Part shown: in pieces, positions 47,865-58,502 of the stretch | Layout of the letters: every line of letters starts with the position of its first letter | Numbering within the stretch: position 1 is the stretch's first letter | Assembly: GCA_963749415.1 (NCBI GenBank) | Contig: CAVVMG010000001.1 | Coordinates: 1,676,745-1,740,744, forward strand | DNA from: an uncultured Acidobacteriota bacterium | GTDB lineage: Bacteria; Actinomycetota; Acidimicrobiia; Spongiisociales; ZC4RG35 | DNA length: 64,000 nt | Direction of reading: 5' to 3' | Program-made: the position numbers and the translations under genes | The notes under the pieces: generated by a model | What the model saw: only the letters and a program-made list of their open reading frames with translations | What the model was told of the DNA's origin: nothing | The model's database searches: none

Positions 47865-48804
47865 GGAGGCTCCTGGGGAGGTAGGCGGCCGGATCCTTCT
47901 CGAACGCAACCCGGCACCCTGGGGCACAGAAGTAGTAGGTCTCGCCCTCGTGCTCCAGTGGGCGGCTGGTCTCGTCGGCAGGCACGGTCATCCCGCACAC
48001 CGGGTCGATGGCGGTGGCCGGGCCTTCGGCTGCGGCGTTGGGGCTGGACGTCAGCTCCCCCTGGGCTCGAAGTTGGACCAGCTCGGCGAGCACCGCCACT
48101 GCGATCTCCTGGTGTGAGGTGTGGCCAAGGTCGAGGCCGACCGGCACCCGGACTCGCTCCAGGAGGTCCTTGGAGACTCCGCGGTCGGCGAGATAGCCGA
48201 GCACCGTCTCTCCTCGCTTCTTGGAGGCGACCAGGCCTACGAACGCCGGCTGCCCGACCACGGCCCGCTCGATGGCGTCCTCGTCGCCATGGCCCTGGGT
48301 GGCAACGATCACCACCGAGGTGTAGTCGGTGTCGGCGCTGGTGAAATTGGCCGCGTCGATCAGGCTGGCCCGCCAGCCGAGGGCAGTGGCCAGGTCGACC
48401 AGGGTGGCAGCCATCGGGGACCGGCCGACCACCACGAGATGCGGGCTGGGGATCACCGGCTCAATGTAGAGCTGCATCGCCCCCTCGGACTGGCAGGACA
48501 TGGGGAGGAACATCATTCCCTCGGGAACCTCGCCGAATTGGTCGGTGGTCCCGAGCAGGATGAGGCGCGGTTGGCGGTCCTCGATCGCCCTTTGCGCCTC
48601 GCGGATCACCACCGGCTCGGCACATGCCCCCCCGATCCATCCGTGGATGTCGCCATCCGCCGTGATGATGGCCCGCGCCCCCTGGTGACCCGATGAAGGC
48701 GCCTGACGCCAGACCACCGTCGCCAATGCGAACTCCACACCCTGGCGAGCCAGGTCGTTGGCCATCTCGACCATCCGCCAGCCATCACCGTGCTGTGCGT
48801 TCAT
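47848..48804 (-). CDS. XdhC/CoxF family protein fused to a C-terminal YHS domain
   Basis: WIGGACAE, SCQSEG, VGLDLG; DPVCGM...YYFCAPGC. Confidence 0.85.
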   Translation of the reverse strand: MNAQHGDGWRMVEMANDLARQGVEFALATVVWRQAPSSGHQGARAIITADGDIHGWIGGACAEPVVIREAQRAIEDRQPRLILLGTTDQFGEVPEGMMFLPMSCQSEGAMQLYIEPVIPSPHLVVVGRSPMAATLVDLATALGWRASLIDAANFTSADTDYTSVVIVATQGHGDEDAIERAVVGQPAFVGLVASKKRGETVLGYLADRGVSKDLLERVRVPVGLDLGHTSHQEIAVAVLAELVQLRAQGELTSSPNAAAEGPATAIDPVCGMTVPADETSRPLEHEGETYYFCAPGCRVAFEKDPAAYLPRSLHADQE

Positions 48805-51182
48805 GCCGTCCTCACCGGCGGCGCGCCGCCGACGTCCTGGCCGGTCTGAATTGCCTCGAAGACGCGGTCGGGGAACAGGGGCATGTCGATGTTGCGGGCC
48901 CCGGTGCCCTTGAGCGCATTCATCACCGCGTTGACGAAGGCGGCCGGCCCGCCGACCGCAGCGCATTCGCCGATGCCCTTCGCTCCGATCGGGTGGTGGG
49001 GGCAAGGGGTGACCACCTCGTGGAGCTCGAAGCCCGGCGTCTCCCACGCCGTCGGCAGCAGGTAGTCGGTGAAGTTGGAGCCGATGCAGTTCCCCTGGGC
49101 GTCGAAGGTGATGAACTGCATGTTGGCCATCGCGTAGGCCTCGGTGAGCCCGCCCATGATCTGGCCCTCGACGATCATCGGGTTGATCCGCACCCCGCAG
49201 TCGTCGACGGCCACCATGCGCAGCACGTCCCACACCCCGGTCTCCGGGTCCACCTCGACTGTGACGATGTAACAGGCGAAGGGCCAGGTGAGGTTGGGCG
49301 GGTCGTAGTAGGCGACGTTCTCCAAGCCGGGCTCCATCCCATCGGGCATGTTGGAGTAGGCGGCCATCGCGCATTCCTGGATGGTGACCCCGCGCTCGGG
49401 CTGACTGCGGACGTAGAAGCGCCCCAACTCCCATTCGACGTCCTCTTCGGAGATCTCGAGGAGGTGGGCCGCGAGTTTGCGGGCCTTGGCCTTGATCTTG
49501 CGTGAAACCATGGCTACGGCCGCCCCGGCCACCGGGGTGCTCCTCGAGGCGTAGGTGCCCATCCCGAATGGCGCGGTGTCTGTGTCGCCCTCCTCCACCA
49601 GGATGTCCTCCGCCGGCAGGCCAAGCTCGTGGGCGACGATCTGGGCCCAGGTGGTCTCGTGGCCCTGGCCCTGGGACTTGGCTCCGGTGCGAAGCAACGC
49701 CTTGCCGGTCATGTGGATCTTCAACTCGGCCGAGTCGAACATCTTGATGCCGAGGATGTCGTATTCCCGGCTGTTGCCGGCACCCAATGGCTCGGTCATC
49801 GTGGAGATGCCGATCCCGAGGAGGCGGCCCCGTTTGGCAGCCTCCTCCTTTTGCTTCAGGAAGTCGGAATAGCCGATGGCCTCGAGACCGACGTCGAGGC
49901 ACTTGCCGTACTGGCCGGAGTCGGTGAGGAACCCGTAGGGAGTGCGGTGGGGGAAGTCGTCGTCGCGGACGAAGTTGACCCTGCGGAACTCGGCCTGATC
50001 CATGCCCAGGTCATCGGCCGCGGCCTGGACCATTCGCTCCTGGAAGAACATGGCTTCGGTGACGCGGAATGAGCAACGGTAGGCGACGCCCCCGGGTGCC
50101 TTGTTGGTGTACACCCCACGTGCGTCGAGATGTGCGGTGGGGATGTCGTAGCAGGCGAACGCCGAGTGCATGAGCCCGACCTTGAACTTCGAGGGCTGGG
50201 CGTCCGAGAAGAAGGCTCCGTGGTCGGCCAGGGTCTCCATCCGCACCCCGAGGATGCGGCCGTCCTTGCGCAGTGCCATCTCCCCATGGAGGTAGATGTC
50301 ACGGGCAAACCCGGTCGAGATCAGGTTCCCGGTGCGGTCCTCGATCCACTTCACCGGCCGCTCGAGGAGGATCGAGGCCAGTATCGAGGCGACATAGCCC
50401 GGATATACAGGCACCTTGTTGCCGAACCCGCCACCGATGTCGGGAGAGATGATCCGGATCATGTGCTCCGGAAGCTCGGCCACCAGGGCCACCGCGGCCC
50501 GGATGATGTGGGGGGCTTGGGTGGTGAGGTAGACGGTGAGCTTGGAGGTCGCCCGGTTGAAGTCGGCGATCGACCCGCAGCACTCGATCGGCGAGGGGTG
50601 GGAGCGCGGGTAGTGGAGGTCGATCTTGGAGACCAGGTCTGCCTGGGCGAACGCCCGGTCGGTGCCCTCCCTGTCGCCCACCTCCCAGTCGTAGATCACG
50701 TTGTTGGCCTGGTTCTCCTTGTCATCGCGGATCAGCTCCGCACCATCGGCTAGCGACTGGAAGGGATTGACCATCACGGGGAGCGGCTCGTAGTCGACCA
50801 CGATCGCCTCGCAGGCGTCCTTGGCGATGTATGGGTCGTCGGCGATCACACAGGCGACCTCCTGGCCTTGGAAGCGGACCTTGTCCGTGGCCAACACCGC
50901 CTGGGTGTCATAGGAGAGGGTGGGCATCCAGGCCAGGTTGCGCGCTGCCATGGTCTCCCCGGTGAGTACCAGACGGACGCCGGGCATCGCCCAGGCCTTG
51001 GAGGCATCGATCGAGTTGATCCGGGCGTGAGCCATAGGGGAGCGCAGGATCTCCATGTGCAGCATCCCGGGCAGCACCACGTCGTCCAGGTAGTTGCCCT
51101 TGCCGCGGATGAACCGGTTGTCCTCTACCCGGCGCCGGCTGGCGCCGAGGCCACCGATCTTGATCTCGTCGACCGCGGTCAC
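48801..51182 (-). CDS. coxL: Aerobic CO dehydrogenase large subunit, form I
   Basis: Active-site loop VAYRCSFR, GGGFGNK, AKGIGE; 793 aa. Confidence 0.95.
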   Translation of the reverse strand: MTAVDEIKIGGLGASRRRVEDNRFIRGKGNYLDDVVLPGMLHMEILRSPMAHARINSIDASKAWAMPGVRLVLTGETMAARNLAWMPTLSYDTQAVLATDKVRFQGQEVACVIADDPYIAKDACEAIVVDYEPLPVMVNPFQSLADGAELIRDDKENQANNVIYDWEVGDREGTDRAFAQADLVSKIDLHYPRSHPSPIECCGSIADFNRATSKLTVYLTTQAPHIIRAAVALVAELPEHMIRIISPDIGGGFGNKVPVYPGYVASILASILLERPVKWIEDRTGNLISTGFARDIYLHGEMALRKDGRILGVRMETLADHGAFFSDAQPSKFKVGLMHSAFACYDIPTAHLDARGVYTNKAPGGVAYRCSFRVTEAMFFQERMVQAAADDLGMDQAEFRRVNFVRDDDFPHRTPYGFLTDSGQYGKCLDVGLEAIGYSDFLKQKEEAAKRGRLLGIGISTMTEPLGAGNSREYDILGIKMFDSAELKIHMTGKALLRTGAKSQGQGHETTWAQIVAHELGLPAEDILVEEGDTDTAPFGMGTYASRSTPVAGAAVAMVSRKIKAKARKLAAHLLEISEEDVEWELGRFYVRSQPERGVTIQECAMAAYSNMPDGMEPGLENVAYYDPPNLTWPFACYIVTVEVDPETGVWDVLRMVAVDDCGVRINPMIVEGQIMGGLTEAYAMANMQFITFDAQGNCIGSNFTDYLLPTAWETPGFELHEVVTPCPHHPIGAKGIGECAAVGGPAAFVNAVMNALKGTGARNIDMPLFPDRVFEAIQTGQDVGGAPPVRTA

Positions 51183-51207
51183 CTGATCACCTCCACTGCA
51201 TGAATCC

Positions 51208-51729
51208 TCATGAGCCGTCCAGCTTGGCGGCGGCCCATTGCACCGCCTTGACGATGTTCTGATAACCGGTGCAGCGACACAGGTTTCCGCTCAGCGCCCA
51301 CCTGATCTCGTCCTCGGTTGGGTTCGGATTCACATCGAGCAGGGCCTTCGATGACATCATCATCCCCGGGGTGCAGAAACCGCACTGCAGCCCGTGCTCC
51401 TCCTTGAACCCTTCCTGGATCGCGTGCAGCTCGCTGGGCCCGGCGAGGCCTTCTACGGTCATCACTTCGTGGCCGTCGGCCTGCACGGCGAACATCGTGC
51501 AACTCTTCACCGGCTGACCATCGACCAGGACTGTGCATGCGCCGCAGTTGGTCGTGTCGCATCCGATGTGGGTCCCGGTCAGCTTGAACCCTTGACGGAG
51601 CAAATGGGCGAGGAGGAGCCGTGGCTCGACCATTGCCGACCTCTGCTCGCCGTTGACGGTGAGAGTGATCCGGTGGACCGGGATGTCGTCGGACGGATCG
51701 GGGCCTATCTCTTCGAGCAGAGTGGCCAT
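51208..51729 (-). CDS. coxS: CO dehydrogenase small (2Fe-2S) subunit
   Basis: [26 protein letters not shown]. Confidence 0.93.
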   Translation of the reverse strand: MATLLEEIGPDPSDDIPVHRITLTVNGEQRSAMVEPRLLLAHLLRQGFKLTGTHIGCDTTNCGACTVLVDGQPVKSCTMFAVQADGHEVMTVEGLAGPSELHAIQEGFKEEHGLQCGFCTPGMMMSSKALLDVNPNPTEDEIRWALSGNLCRCTGYQNIVKAVQWAAAKLDGS

Positions 51730-52604
51730 CAGGCAGCCTCCTCTTTCGACTGCAGCAACCCGGTCAGGATGCGGCGAGTGAACACCCGCACCAATTGCCG
51801 CTTGTACTCGGCGCTGCCGCGGTGATCCGTGTGGGGCTCTGCCGCTCGGGCGGCGAGATCCGCGGCCTCCCCGATGACCTCGGCCGTCAGCGGCCCCCCA
51901 ACCAGCAGCTGAGCAGCGTCGTCGGCTGGGATGGTCGAGCCGCCCACACCGGTGAGGCCGATTCCCGCTCGCGTGACGGTGCCGCCGGAGCGGTCGATGG
52001 ACACCGCGACTGCCGCCGTGGCGAAGTCGCCAACCCGGCGCTCCAGCTTGAGGTATCCGCCCGCAGACTCGCCCTTGGGTGCGGGAACGATGGCTTCGAC
52101 GGCGATCTCATCGACGGCGAGCACGTTCTGAAATGGGCCCGTCACGAAGTCCCTCATTGCGATGGTGCGCCGGCCATTCGGGCCCTGGACCACGACCTCA
52201 CCGTCGAGGGACATCATCACCGACGCCCAGTCGCCCTGAGGGTCGGCGTGGCAGAGTGAGCCGACCAGTGTGCCCCGATTGCGCACGATGGGATCGGCAA
52301 CGAGGGGGGCGGCGGCTGACATCGTCGGCTGATGTTCGGCGAGGACCGACGAACGCTCCAGGTCGACGTGGCGGCAGAGGGCGCCGACGCGAATTGTCCC
52401 GTCGGCATCGACTTCGTGGTAGCCGAGGCCGGGCAGGTTGTTGATGTCCACCAGCATCTCGGGCGATGCGAAGCGGAGCTTGATCATCGGGACCAGGCTC
52501 TGCCCTCCGGCCAGGACCTTGGCATCACCCCCACCGTCGGTGAGGAGGGACAACGCCTCCTCGAGGGAGCGAGGAGCCTCGTAGCGGAATCGTGAGGGAT
52601 AGAT
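51729..52604 (-). CDS. coxM: CO dehydrogenase medium (FAD) subunit; apparent ATC start
   Basis: [31 protein letters not shown]; AGGAGG 5 nt before ATC-TAT-CCC gives 291 aa. Confidence 0.9.
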   Translation of the reverse strand: MYPSRFRYEAPRSLEEALSLLTDGGGDAKVLAGGQSLVPMIKLRFASPEMLVDINNLPGLGYHEVDADGTIRVGALCRHVDLERSSVLAEHQPTMSAAAPLVADPIVRNRGTLVGSLCHADPQGDWASVMMSLDGEVVVQGPNGRRTIAMRDFVTGPFQNVLAVDEIAVEAIVPAPKGESAGGYLKLERRVGDFATAAVAVSIDRSGGTVTRAGIGLTGVGGSTIPADDAAQLLVGGPLTAEVIGEAADLAARAAEPHTDHRGSAEYKRQLVRVFTRRILTGLLQSKEEAA

Positions 52605-52626
52605 GGTTGCCTCCTGAAACTCTGGC

Positions 52627-52908
52627 TCAGGCTTGTTGTTCTGGATCCCTCGCCGGGGTGCTCTGACGTGGGAAAGACTGCGGGTCGGGAATGGCCACCG
52701 GCGTCGACTCGGCCGCCGGATCAGGTCTCGGCTCCTGGTGGGGCGGCCACGGTCCCTGAACCGGTTGGCCGGCAACCTTGAGATAATCGACGATCTGCGG
52801 CCAGGCCCAGATCGTGGGGCTCGGGCCGGTCCTGGGGGCATTTTCGATCAGTTCATAGAGGCGGGGATTGCCTCGACTGTGACCAGATGCCTCGACTGCC
52901 AAGCTCAA
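52627..52908 (-). CDS. Putative small protein heading the cox operon (about 91-93 aa)
   Basis: GAGGAG near two TTG codons, stop 22 nt before coxM, GC3-rich core. Confidence 0.5.
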   Translation of the reverse strand: MSLAVEASGHSRGNPRLYELIENAPRTGPSPTIWAWPQIVDYLKVAGQPVQGPWPPHQEPRPDPAAESTPVAIPDPQSFPRQSTPARDPEQQA

Positions 52909-53024
52909 CTCCTCGTGTCTAGCCCGGTTGAACGGTTGGGTGTCCGCCGTTCAGTGAGCATACACAGCGGCAATATCGCGGCGAGGCCGGAGGGACAGGG
53001 TATTCGACGGGCTCCGCAGGCCCG

Positions 53025-53795
53025 TCAGTCGTCTTCAGGGCGTTGCTGGTGGACCCGTCCCGGCCGCCCCATGAGCGACACCCCGGTGCCGTGCCCGTAG
53101 CGCACCAGTGTCATCTCGGCCAGGATCGATACCGCTACTTCCTGTGGGCTCTCGGCCCCGATATCGAGGCCGACCGGGCCCCGGACCCGGGCAATGTCCT
53201 CCTCGGAGAACCCCATCTCCCGCAAGCGATTCACCCGCAGGTCCTGGGTGCGCCGGCTCCCCATGGTTCCGATGTAGCGGACCTGGCTCTTCAGGGCGGC
53301 TTCGAGAACCGGATCCTCGTGGGCTGCGTTGTGGGAGAGGATCACCACCCAGGTGCGACGATCGAGCGGGATCTGGCCGATCACCTCCTGGGGCCAGCCC
53401 ACGACGACCCGTGCGGTGGGGAAACGGTCATCGGTGGCAAAGGCACCCCGGGAGTCGACGACGGTGACCCGGTAGCCCATCTGCGAGGCAAAGCTGGCCA
53501 GGGCCTGGCCAATGTGAACCGCCCCCACAATCAGCAGCTCCTGAGGCGGGGCGAGTGACTCGATGAAGACGGTATGCGGGGGGTATTCGAGGGCCCGGTG
53601 TTGCTCGTGATCCATCAGGACCAGCGCGTCTGACACGACGTCGGAGGGGGTTCCGGGAGGGAACTCGCCGGCCACCGCCGCGCCGCTCGAGTCCAACACC
53701 ACCTTGGCTCCGGTATTCGGTCCGTCGACAAATGTGAGCACCGCCCCGTATTCCTCACGGGAGAGGATGCCTTCAATAGCGAGGAGCGGGGTCAC
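53025..53795 (-). CDS. XdhC family, C-terminal/Rossmann part
   Basis: [36 protein letters not shown]; GTGA overlap. Confidence 0.85.
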   Translation of the reverse strand: MTPLLAIEGILSREEYGAVLTFVDGPNTGAKVVLDSSGAAVAGEFPPGTPSDVVSDALVLMDHEQHRALEYPPHTVFIESLAPPQELLIVGAVHIGQALASFASQMGYRVTVVDSRGAFATDDRFPTARVVVGWPQEVIGQIPLDRRTWVVILSHNAAHEDPVLEAALKSQVRYIGTMGSRRTQDLRVNRLREMGFSEEDIARVRGPVGLDIGAESPQEVAVSILAEMTLVRYGHGTGVSLMGRPGRVHQQRPEDD

Positions 53796-54100
53796 CAGGG
53801 CTCGATGAAGACGTCGATGGTCCCACCGCAAGCCATGCCCACCTCGAAGGCGTCGTCATCTGCGATCCCGTATGTGACCGTCTTCGGCTCTCCGCTCTCG
53901 ATCACCTGTTGGGCGTGGAGGAACACGTCGTTCTCGACACAACCCCCACTCACCGACCCCTCCATATCGCCGGCGTCGGAGACCAGGAACTTGGACCCCT
54001 CGGGGCGCGGAGCGCTGCCATGCACCCGGATCACGGTGGCAACCGCGACCTTCTTGCCTTCGCCCACCCAGCGGTTGCGGACCTCCAACTGGTGTCTCAT
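53792..54100 (-). CDS. XdhC family, stand-alone N-terminal domain
   Basis: [31 protein letters not shown]. Confidence 0.88.
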   Translation of the reverse strand: MRHQLEVRNRWVGEGKKVAVATVIRVHGSAPRPEGSKFLVSDAGDMEGSVSGGCVENDVFLHAQQVIESGEPKTVTYGIADDDAFEVGMACGGTIDVFIEPW

Positions 54101-55215
54101 GCCCTCGCCATCCCGCTGATCGACTCCAGCACCCCGACCACCCCCCGGAAGTCGTTGACGCTCGCAGCGGGGAGCAGCTGGTCGACGTGGGGTAGAACCG
54201 CCTGCATCCCTCTAGTCGCCGGGGCATAGCTCTCCCGGGCGGCGAGGGGATTGAGCCAGATCACCCGGTGCACAGATCTGGAGAGTCTCGCCATCTCATA
54301 CGACAACAACGCCGGGTCACCACAATCCCATCCATCGGAGAGTACGAGCACGATCGGACCACCTCGCGCCAGCCGTCGGCTCCATACCCGGTTCCAGGTG
54401 GCCAACGCCTCCCCGATCTTGGTGCCCCCTGACCAGTCGGGCACCCGCTCTGACACCCTGGCCAGAGCGGCCTTGGGGTCCCGCTTCTCGAGGTCGTCGG
54501 TGATGCGGGTCAGCTCGGTCGAAAAGGTGAACACCTCGACGTTGCGGAGCCGACGTGACGCCGAATGTGCGAAGACGAGAAACAGGTCGGCATACCTGTC
54601 CATCGACCCTGAGATGTCGGCGATGATGATCAGCGGCCGCTCCCTGCGTCTCCGCTTCTTCCACCGGAGCTCCATGAGGTCGCCGGTTGGCCCGACGGCG
54701 CCGTGCAGGGTGCGCCGCAAGTCGGGTCGCCGGCCTTCGCCGCTCACCCAACGCCGTGTCTTGTAAGAGGTGGGGTGCCAGAGCATCGTCATCACCAGCC
54801 GCCGGGCCTCGGCGAGCTCCTCGTCGTCGAGCTCGGCGAAGTCGCGCTTGCTCAGACGCTCCAAGGCGGATGTCCCTCCCCGGTCGGTGGTGTCGCTCGC
54901 CGCCTCGCCGCCCGGCAACTCGATCAGTGGCATCGTGCTGCTCGAGGGCGCCGGCTGTCGGTTGGGATCCTCGAGTTTCCTGGGCCGGAGCCGGCCGAAG
55001 AAGAACTCGAACTCCTCGTCGAACAGCGGGATCTGGGAAGGGTCGGTGACGGTGAGGGAGCGCAGCGCAGATCGGGTCTGGCCGGGTCGGGAGAGGTCGA
55101 TGAGGCTCATCGCCCTAGCCATGTCGGTGGTCTGGTCCGAGGTGACGGTGAGGCCCCGCCGTCGCAGCGCTCCTGAGAAGTCCGTCAGCTGATCGATGAT
55201 CCCGGCCGTGCTCAT
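54097..55215 (-). CDS. coxE: VWA domain protein CoxE
   Basis: [25 protein letters not shown]. Confidence 0.85.
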   Translation of the reverse strand: MSTAGIIDQLTDFSGALRRRGLTVTSDQTTDMARAMSLIDLSRPGQTRSALRSLTVTDPSQIPLFDEEFEFFFGRLRPRKLEDPNRQPAPSSSTMPLIELPGGEAASDTTDRGGTSALERLSKRDFAELDDEELAEARRLVMTMLWHPTSYKTRRWVSGEGRRPDLRRTLHGAVGPTGDLMELRWKKRRRRERPLIIIADISGSMDRYADLFLVFAHSASRRLRNVEVFTFSTELTRITDDLEKRDPKAALARVSERVPDWSGGTKIGEALATWNRVWSRRLARGGPIVLVLSDGWDCGDPALLSYEMARLSRSVHRVIWLNPLAARESYAPATRGMQAVLPHVDQLLPAASVNDFRGVVGVLESISGMARA

Positions 55216-56090
55216 CCCACCAGCTGTTCGAGCCCGGCCCCGGTCACCGTGTCGATGTCGTCCTTGTACTTGAGGACCACTCCGAGGGTGCGCTCGATGG
55301 TCGGCACGCTGAGCTCGCCGGCTCCGAGAAGGCGCAACGACTCGGCCCAATCCAGGGTCTCGGCGACACCGGGTGGCTTGAACAGCTCCATGCGCCGCAG
55401 GTCCTGCATCGCGGTTGTTATGGCCGCGGCCAGCCCGTCCTCGAGGGCGGGGACCTTGCGCCGGATGATGTCGGCCTCGCGTTCCGGGGTCGGATAGTCG
55501 ATCCAGTGGTAGATGCAGCGCCGCTTCAGGGCGTCGTGTATCTCTCGGGTCCGATTCGACGTGAGAACCACGATCGGCCTGGTCTCGGCGATCACGGTTC
55601 CGATCTCCGGGATGGTGACCTGGAAGTCGGAGAGCAACTCGAGGAGAAATGCCTCGAATTCCTCGTCAGCACGGTCCAACTCGTCGATGAGGAGCACCGG
55701 GCGCCGCCCTCCGCGACTGGCCTCGATTGCCTGGAGCAGAGGTCGGGCGATCAGGTACTCACGGGACATGATGTCTTCGGGGGTGGCGGTGGCGCCCTCG
55801 CCCCGGGCCTCGAGGAGACGGATCGCCATCATCTGCCGGGCGTAGTCCCACTCATACAGGGCCTGCCCCACATCGAGGCCCTCGTAGCACTGGAGTCGGA
55901 TCAGGTCCTCGCCTGTGGCCGAAGCGAGCACCTTGGCGACCTCGGTCTTGCCCACCCCGGCCTCACCCTCGAGAAAGAGCGGGCGCCCCAGTTGGATCGC
56001 CAAGTGGATGGCCACCACGAGGTCTTCGTTGGCGAAGTAATCCTGGTCGTCGAGTGTGCTCGCCAGGTCCTCGATGGTGCTCGGGATCAC
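55212..56090 (-). CDS. coxD: MoxR-type AAA+ ATPase CoxD
   Basis: GEAGVGKTE, LQCYEG, LLIDELDRAD, LKRRC. Confidence 0.85.
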   Translation of the reverse strand: MIPSTIEDLASTLDDQDYFANEDLVVAIHLAIQLGRPLFLEGEAGVGKTEVAKVLASATGEDLIRLQCYEGLDVGQALYEWDYARQMMAIRLLEARGEGATATPEDIMSREYLIARPLLQAIEASRGGRRPVLLIDELDRADEEFEAFLLELLSDFQVTIPEIGTVIAETRPIVVLTSNRTREIHDALKRRCIYHWIDYPTPEREADIIRRKVPALEDGLAAAITTAMQDLRRMELFKPPGVAETLDWAESLRLLGAGELSVPTIERTLGVVLKYKDDIDTVTGAGLEQLVG

Positions 56091-56180
56091 AGGATCAGAC
56101 TAGGGAGGACCGTTCACATTGGGTCCCGGGATCCCGGTTAGGTTCCGATGAGGAACGTCGGAGATCGAGAGAGGACACCA

Positions 56181-56667
56181 ATGGCCCCCGACAAGCCACA
56201 TCGGTACAACGACCTATCGGCGCTCTATTTCAATTGCACGCTTAAGCGGTCCCCCGAGCCCAGTCATACCGCGATCCTGATCGACGTCTTGATGAACGAG
56301 GAAGGTCAATACGCCTACCTACGGAAAGGTCGCCGGTTGCCTGATCACCGGGAACGAGGACGGAATCAAGCACTGCGCGATGGACGTCCTCTTCAGCCTC
56401 CAGCACCTCGGGTTCACCATTCCGCCCCAGGCCGACGCAGGTTGGATCGGTGAGGCCGGGCCGGGCCCCAGTTACGGAGACGACGGCGCCGGGTTGGACA
56501 ACGACTTCACCAACCGCAACACCACCTTCATGACTTGGAATCTGATGCATATGGCGCGACTGCTCAAGGATGCCGGCGGGGTGCCGGCGTACGGCAATCA
56601 AAGGCATCTTTGGGATGCGGGAACACGATTCGACTTCGAGCGACCAGCGGCTATCCCGTCCCCTTGA
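56181..56667 (+). pseudogene. Flavodoxin/NADPH-dependent FMN reductase remnant (internal deletion plus frameshift)
   Basis: NCTLKRSP...LIDV joined directly to LMNEEGQYAY; extra C at about 56319 before YGKVAGCLITGNEDG; C-terminus NRNTTFMTWNL intact. Confidence 0.75.
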
Positions 56668-57073
56668 GGAAGTCTCGACTTCGCTGCGCTCGCTTTGCTG
56701 CCGCCCTGGCGATCACGGCTGATGGGTCGATGTCGGCGACCGCGTCTTCGAAGCGCCACTCCGGCGGTCCTGGCCCGGGGGAGTAGTGGGTTCCTGAGTC
56801 ATCACGATCGAGATAGGCGCGGTCGACCAACTCACGACGCAAAGTGACCACGTCCAGATCGACGGAGGGGCACACCTCCCTCAGCCAGCCTTCTAGACCT
56901 CTGTTGATTTCGGGCTCGGTGTAGACCGCACCGGTCTCCATCCAGAGGGTGGCGCTGGCCAGGATGACCGCCACGTCGCGCTGTCGTCGCGGCAGGCCGG
57001 AGCCACCGCCGCCCATACAGATCGCCCGGAGCCGGGCCTCGAACTCCTCGGCCGTGATCGTCGACTCTGTCAC
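56651..57073 (-). CDS. DUF2087-like protein
   Basis: YTEPEINRGL...DVVTLRRELVDRAYLDR. Confidence 0.7.
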   Translation of the reverse strand: MTESTITAEEFEARLRAICMGGGGSGLPRRQRDVAVILASATLWMETGAVYTEPEINRGLEGWLREVCPSVDLDVVTLRRELVDRAYLDRDDSGTHYSPGPGPPEWRFEDAVADIDPSAVIARAAAKRAQRSRDFLKGTG

Positions 57074-57163
57074 CTTTCCGGCAGCCAGACTTCGTTCCCG
57101 TCGGTATCGGTGGCGGGCGGCATCGGCGGAGCCTATCGCCGGGCACACCGGTACCGTCTGCGT

Positions 57164-58498
57164 GTGTTCGACACCCTGACCAGCCGCTTCGACGGCGTCT
57201 TCGGCTCCCTGCGAGCCAAGGGCCGGCTGTCCGAGAAGGACATCGACGAGGCCCTGCGTGAGGTGCGGCTGGCACTCCTCGAGGCCGACGTCAACGTCAC
57301 TGTCGTCAAGTCCTTCCTGGCGCGGGTCAAGGATCGGGCGCTTGGTGAGGACGTTGCGAAATCGCTCACCCCCGGTCAGCAGGTGATCAAGATCGTCCAC
57401 GAGGAACTGGTCACCACCCTCGGCTCCGAGGCGGCAGGCCTGGTGCGGGCGGCGCCACCCCTCACCATTCTGATGGTCGGGCTCCAGGGCTCGGGCAAGA
57501 CCACAACTGCGGCCAAGCTGGCCGGCCATCTCAAGTCCCAGGGGAAGAAGCCGCTCCTGGTGGCCGCCGACCTGCAGCGGCCGGCCGCGATCGATCAGTT
57601 GGAGACCCTGGGCAGCCGGCTCGACATCCCGGTGTATGCCGACCGCAAGGGCAGGCCTGACAAGTTGGTGAAGGCCGCCCTCAAGGACGCGGTGCGCACC
57701 GGTCGCGACGCGGTCATCGTCGACACCGCGGGCCGACTGCAAATCGATGCTCAGCTGATGAAAGAGCTCGCCGAAGTCCGCAAGGCGGCCGACCCCGACG
57801 AAGTCCTCCTCGTGGTCGACGCCATGACCGGTCAGGACGCAGTCAATGTCGCCAATGGGTTCCAGCAACAGATCGGGCTCACCGGCGTGATCCTGTCCAA
57901 GCTCGACGGCGACGCCAGGGGAGGGGCGGCGATCTCGGTCCGGGAGGTCACCGGGGCGCCGGTCAAGTTCGCCGGTGTCGGGGAGGGCCTGGAAGACCTC
58001 GAGCCTTTCTACCCCGACCGAATGGCATCCCGGATCCTGGGAATGGGCGACGTCCTCACCCTGATCGAGAAGGCGGAGGCCACCTTCGACCAGGTCGAGG
58101 CGGAGAAGACGGCGAAGAAGCTGGAGAAGGGGCAGTTCACCTTGGAAGACTTCCTCGCCCAGTTCCAGCAAATGAAGCGGATGGGGCCTCTGAAGGACAT
58201 CCTTGCTATGATTCCCGGCTCCGGATCGCTCCTTCGTGACGTCGATGTCGACGACCGCGATCTACGACGGGTCGAGGCAATCATCCAGTCCATGACCCCC
58301 GAGGAGCGCCGGAACCCAAAGATCATCGGCGGAAGCCGCAAGCGGCGGATCGCGTCCGGCTCGGGCAGCAGGCCCCAGGACGTGAATCGCCTCCTCAAGC
58401 AGTTCGCCGACGCTCAGAAGATGATGAAGACGCTGGCCGGAGGCAAGGGAGCCCCTTCCCTTCAGGGACTCTTGTCGGCGCAGCGAACCAAGAGGTGA
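57164..58498 (+). CDS. ffh: Signal recognition particle protein Ffh
   Basis: [22 protein letters not shown] domain. Confidence 0.95.
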   Translation: MFDTLTSRFDGVFGSLRAKGRLSEKDIDEALREVRLALLEADVNVTVVKSFLARVKDRALGEDVAKSLTPGQQVIKIVHEELVTTLGSEAAGLVRAAPPLTILMVGLQGSGKTTTAAKLAGHLKSQGKKPLLVAADLQRPAAIDQLETLGSRLDIPVYADRKGRPDKLVKAALKDAVRTGRDAVIVDTAGRLQIDAQLMKELAEVRKAADPDEVLLVVDAMTGQDAVNVANGFQQQIGLTGVILSKLDGDARGGAAISVREVTGAPVKFAGVGEGLEDLEPFYPDRMASRILGMGDVLTLIEKAEATFDQVEAEKTAKKLEKGQFTLEDFLAQFQQMKRMGPLKDILAMIPGSGSLLRDVDVDDRDLRRVEAIIQSMTPEERRNPKIIGGSRKRRIASGSGSRPQDVNRLLKQFADAQKMMKTLAGGKGAPSLQGLLSAQRTKR

Positions 58499-58502
58499 GT
58501 CG

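Noticed and set aside
47848-49902. 684-aa ORF overlapping coxL
   Set aside because: The first 366 codons are an alternate frame of coxL; the real gene starts at 48804
52870-52898. GCCTCGACTG direct repeat with 19-bp period upstream of coxM
   Set aside because: Short, GC-rich and inside a probable small ORF; not distinguishable from chance
41741-56667. cox region as a recent genomic island
   Set aside because: No integrase, tRNA, flanking repeats or visible composition shift
56651-58171. 506-aa ORF antisense to ffh, and similar long antisense ORFs throughout
   Set aside because: Shadow ORFs of GC3-biased genes; only the last 140 codons are credible here
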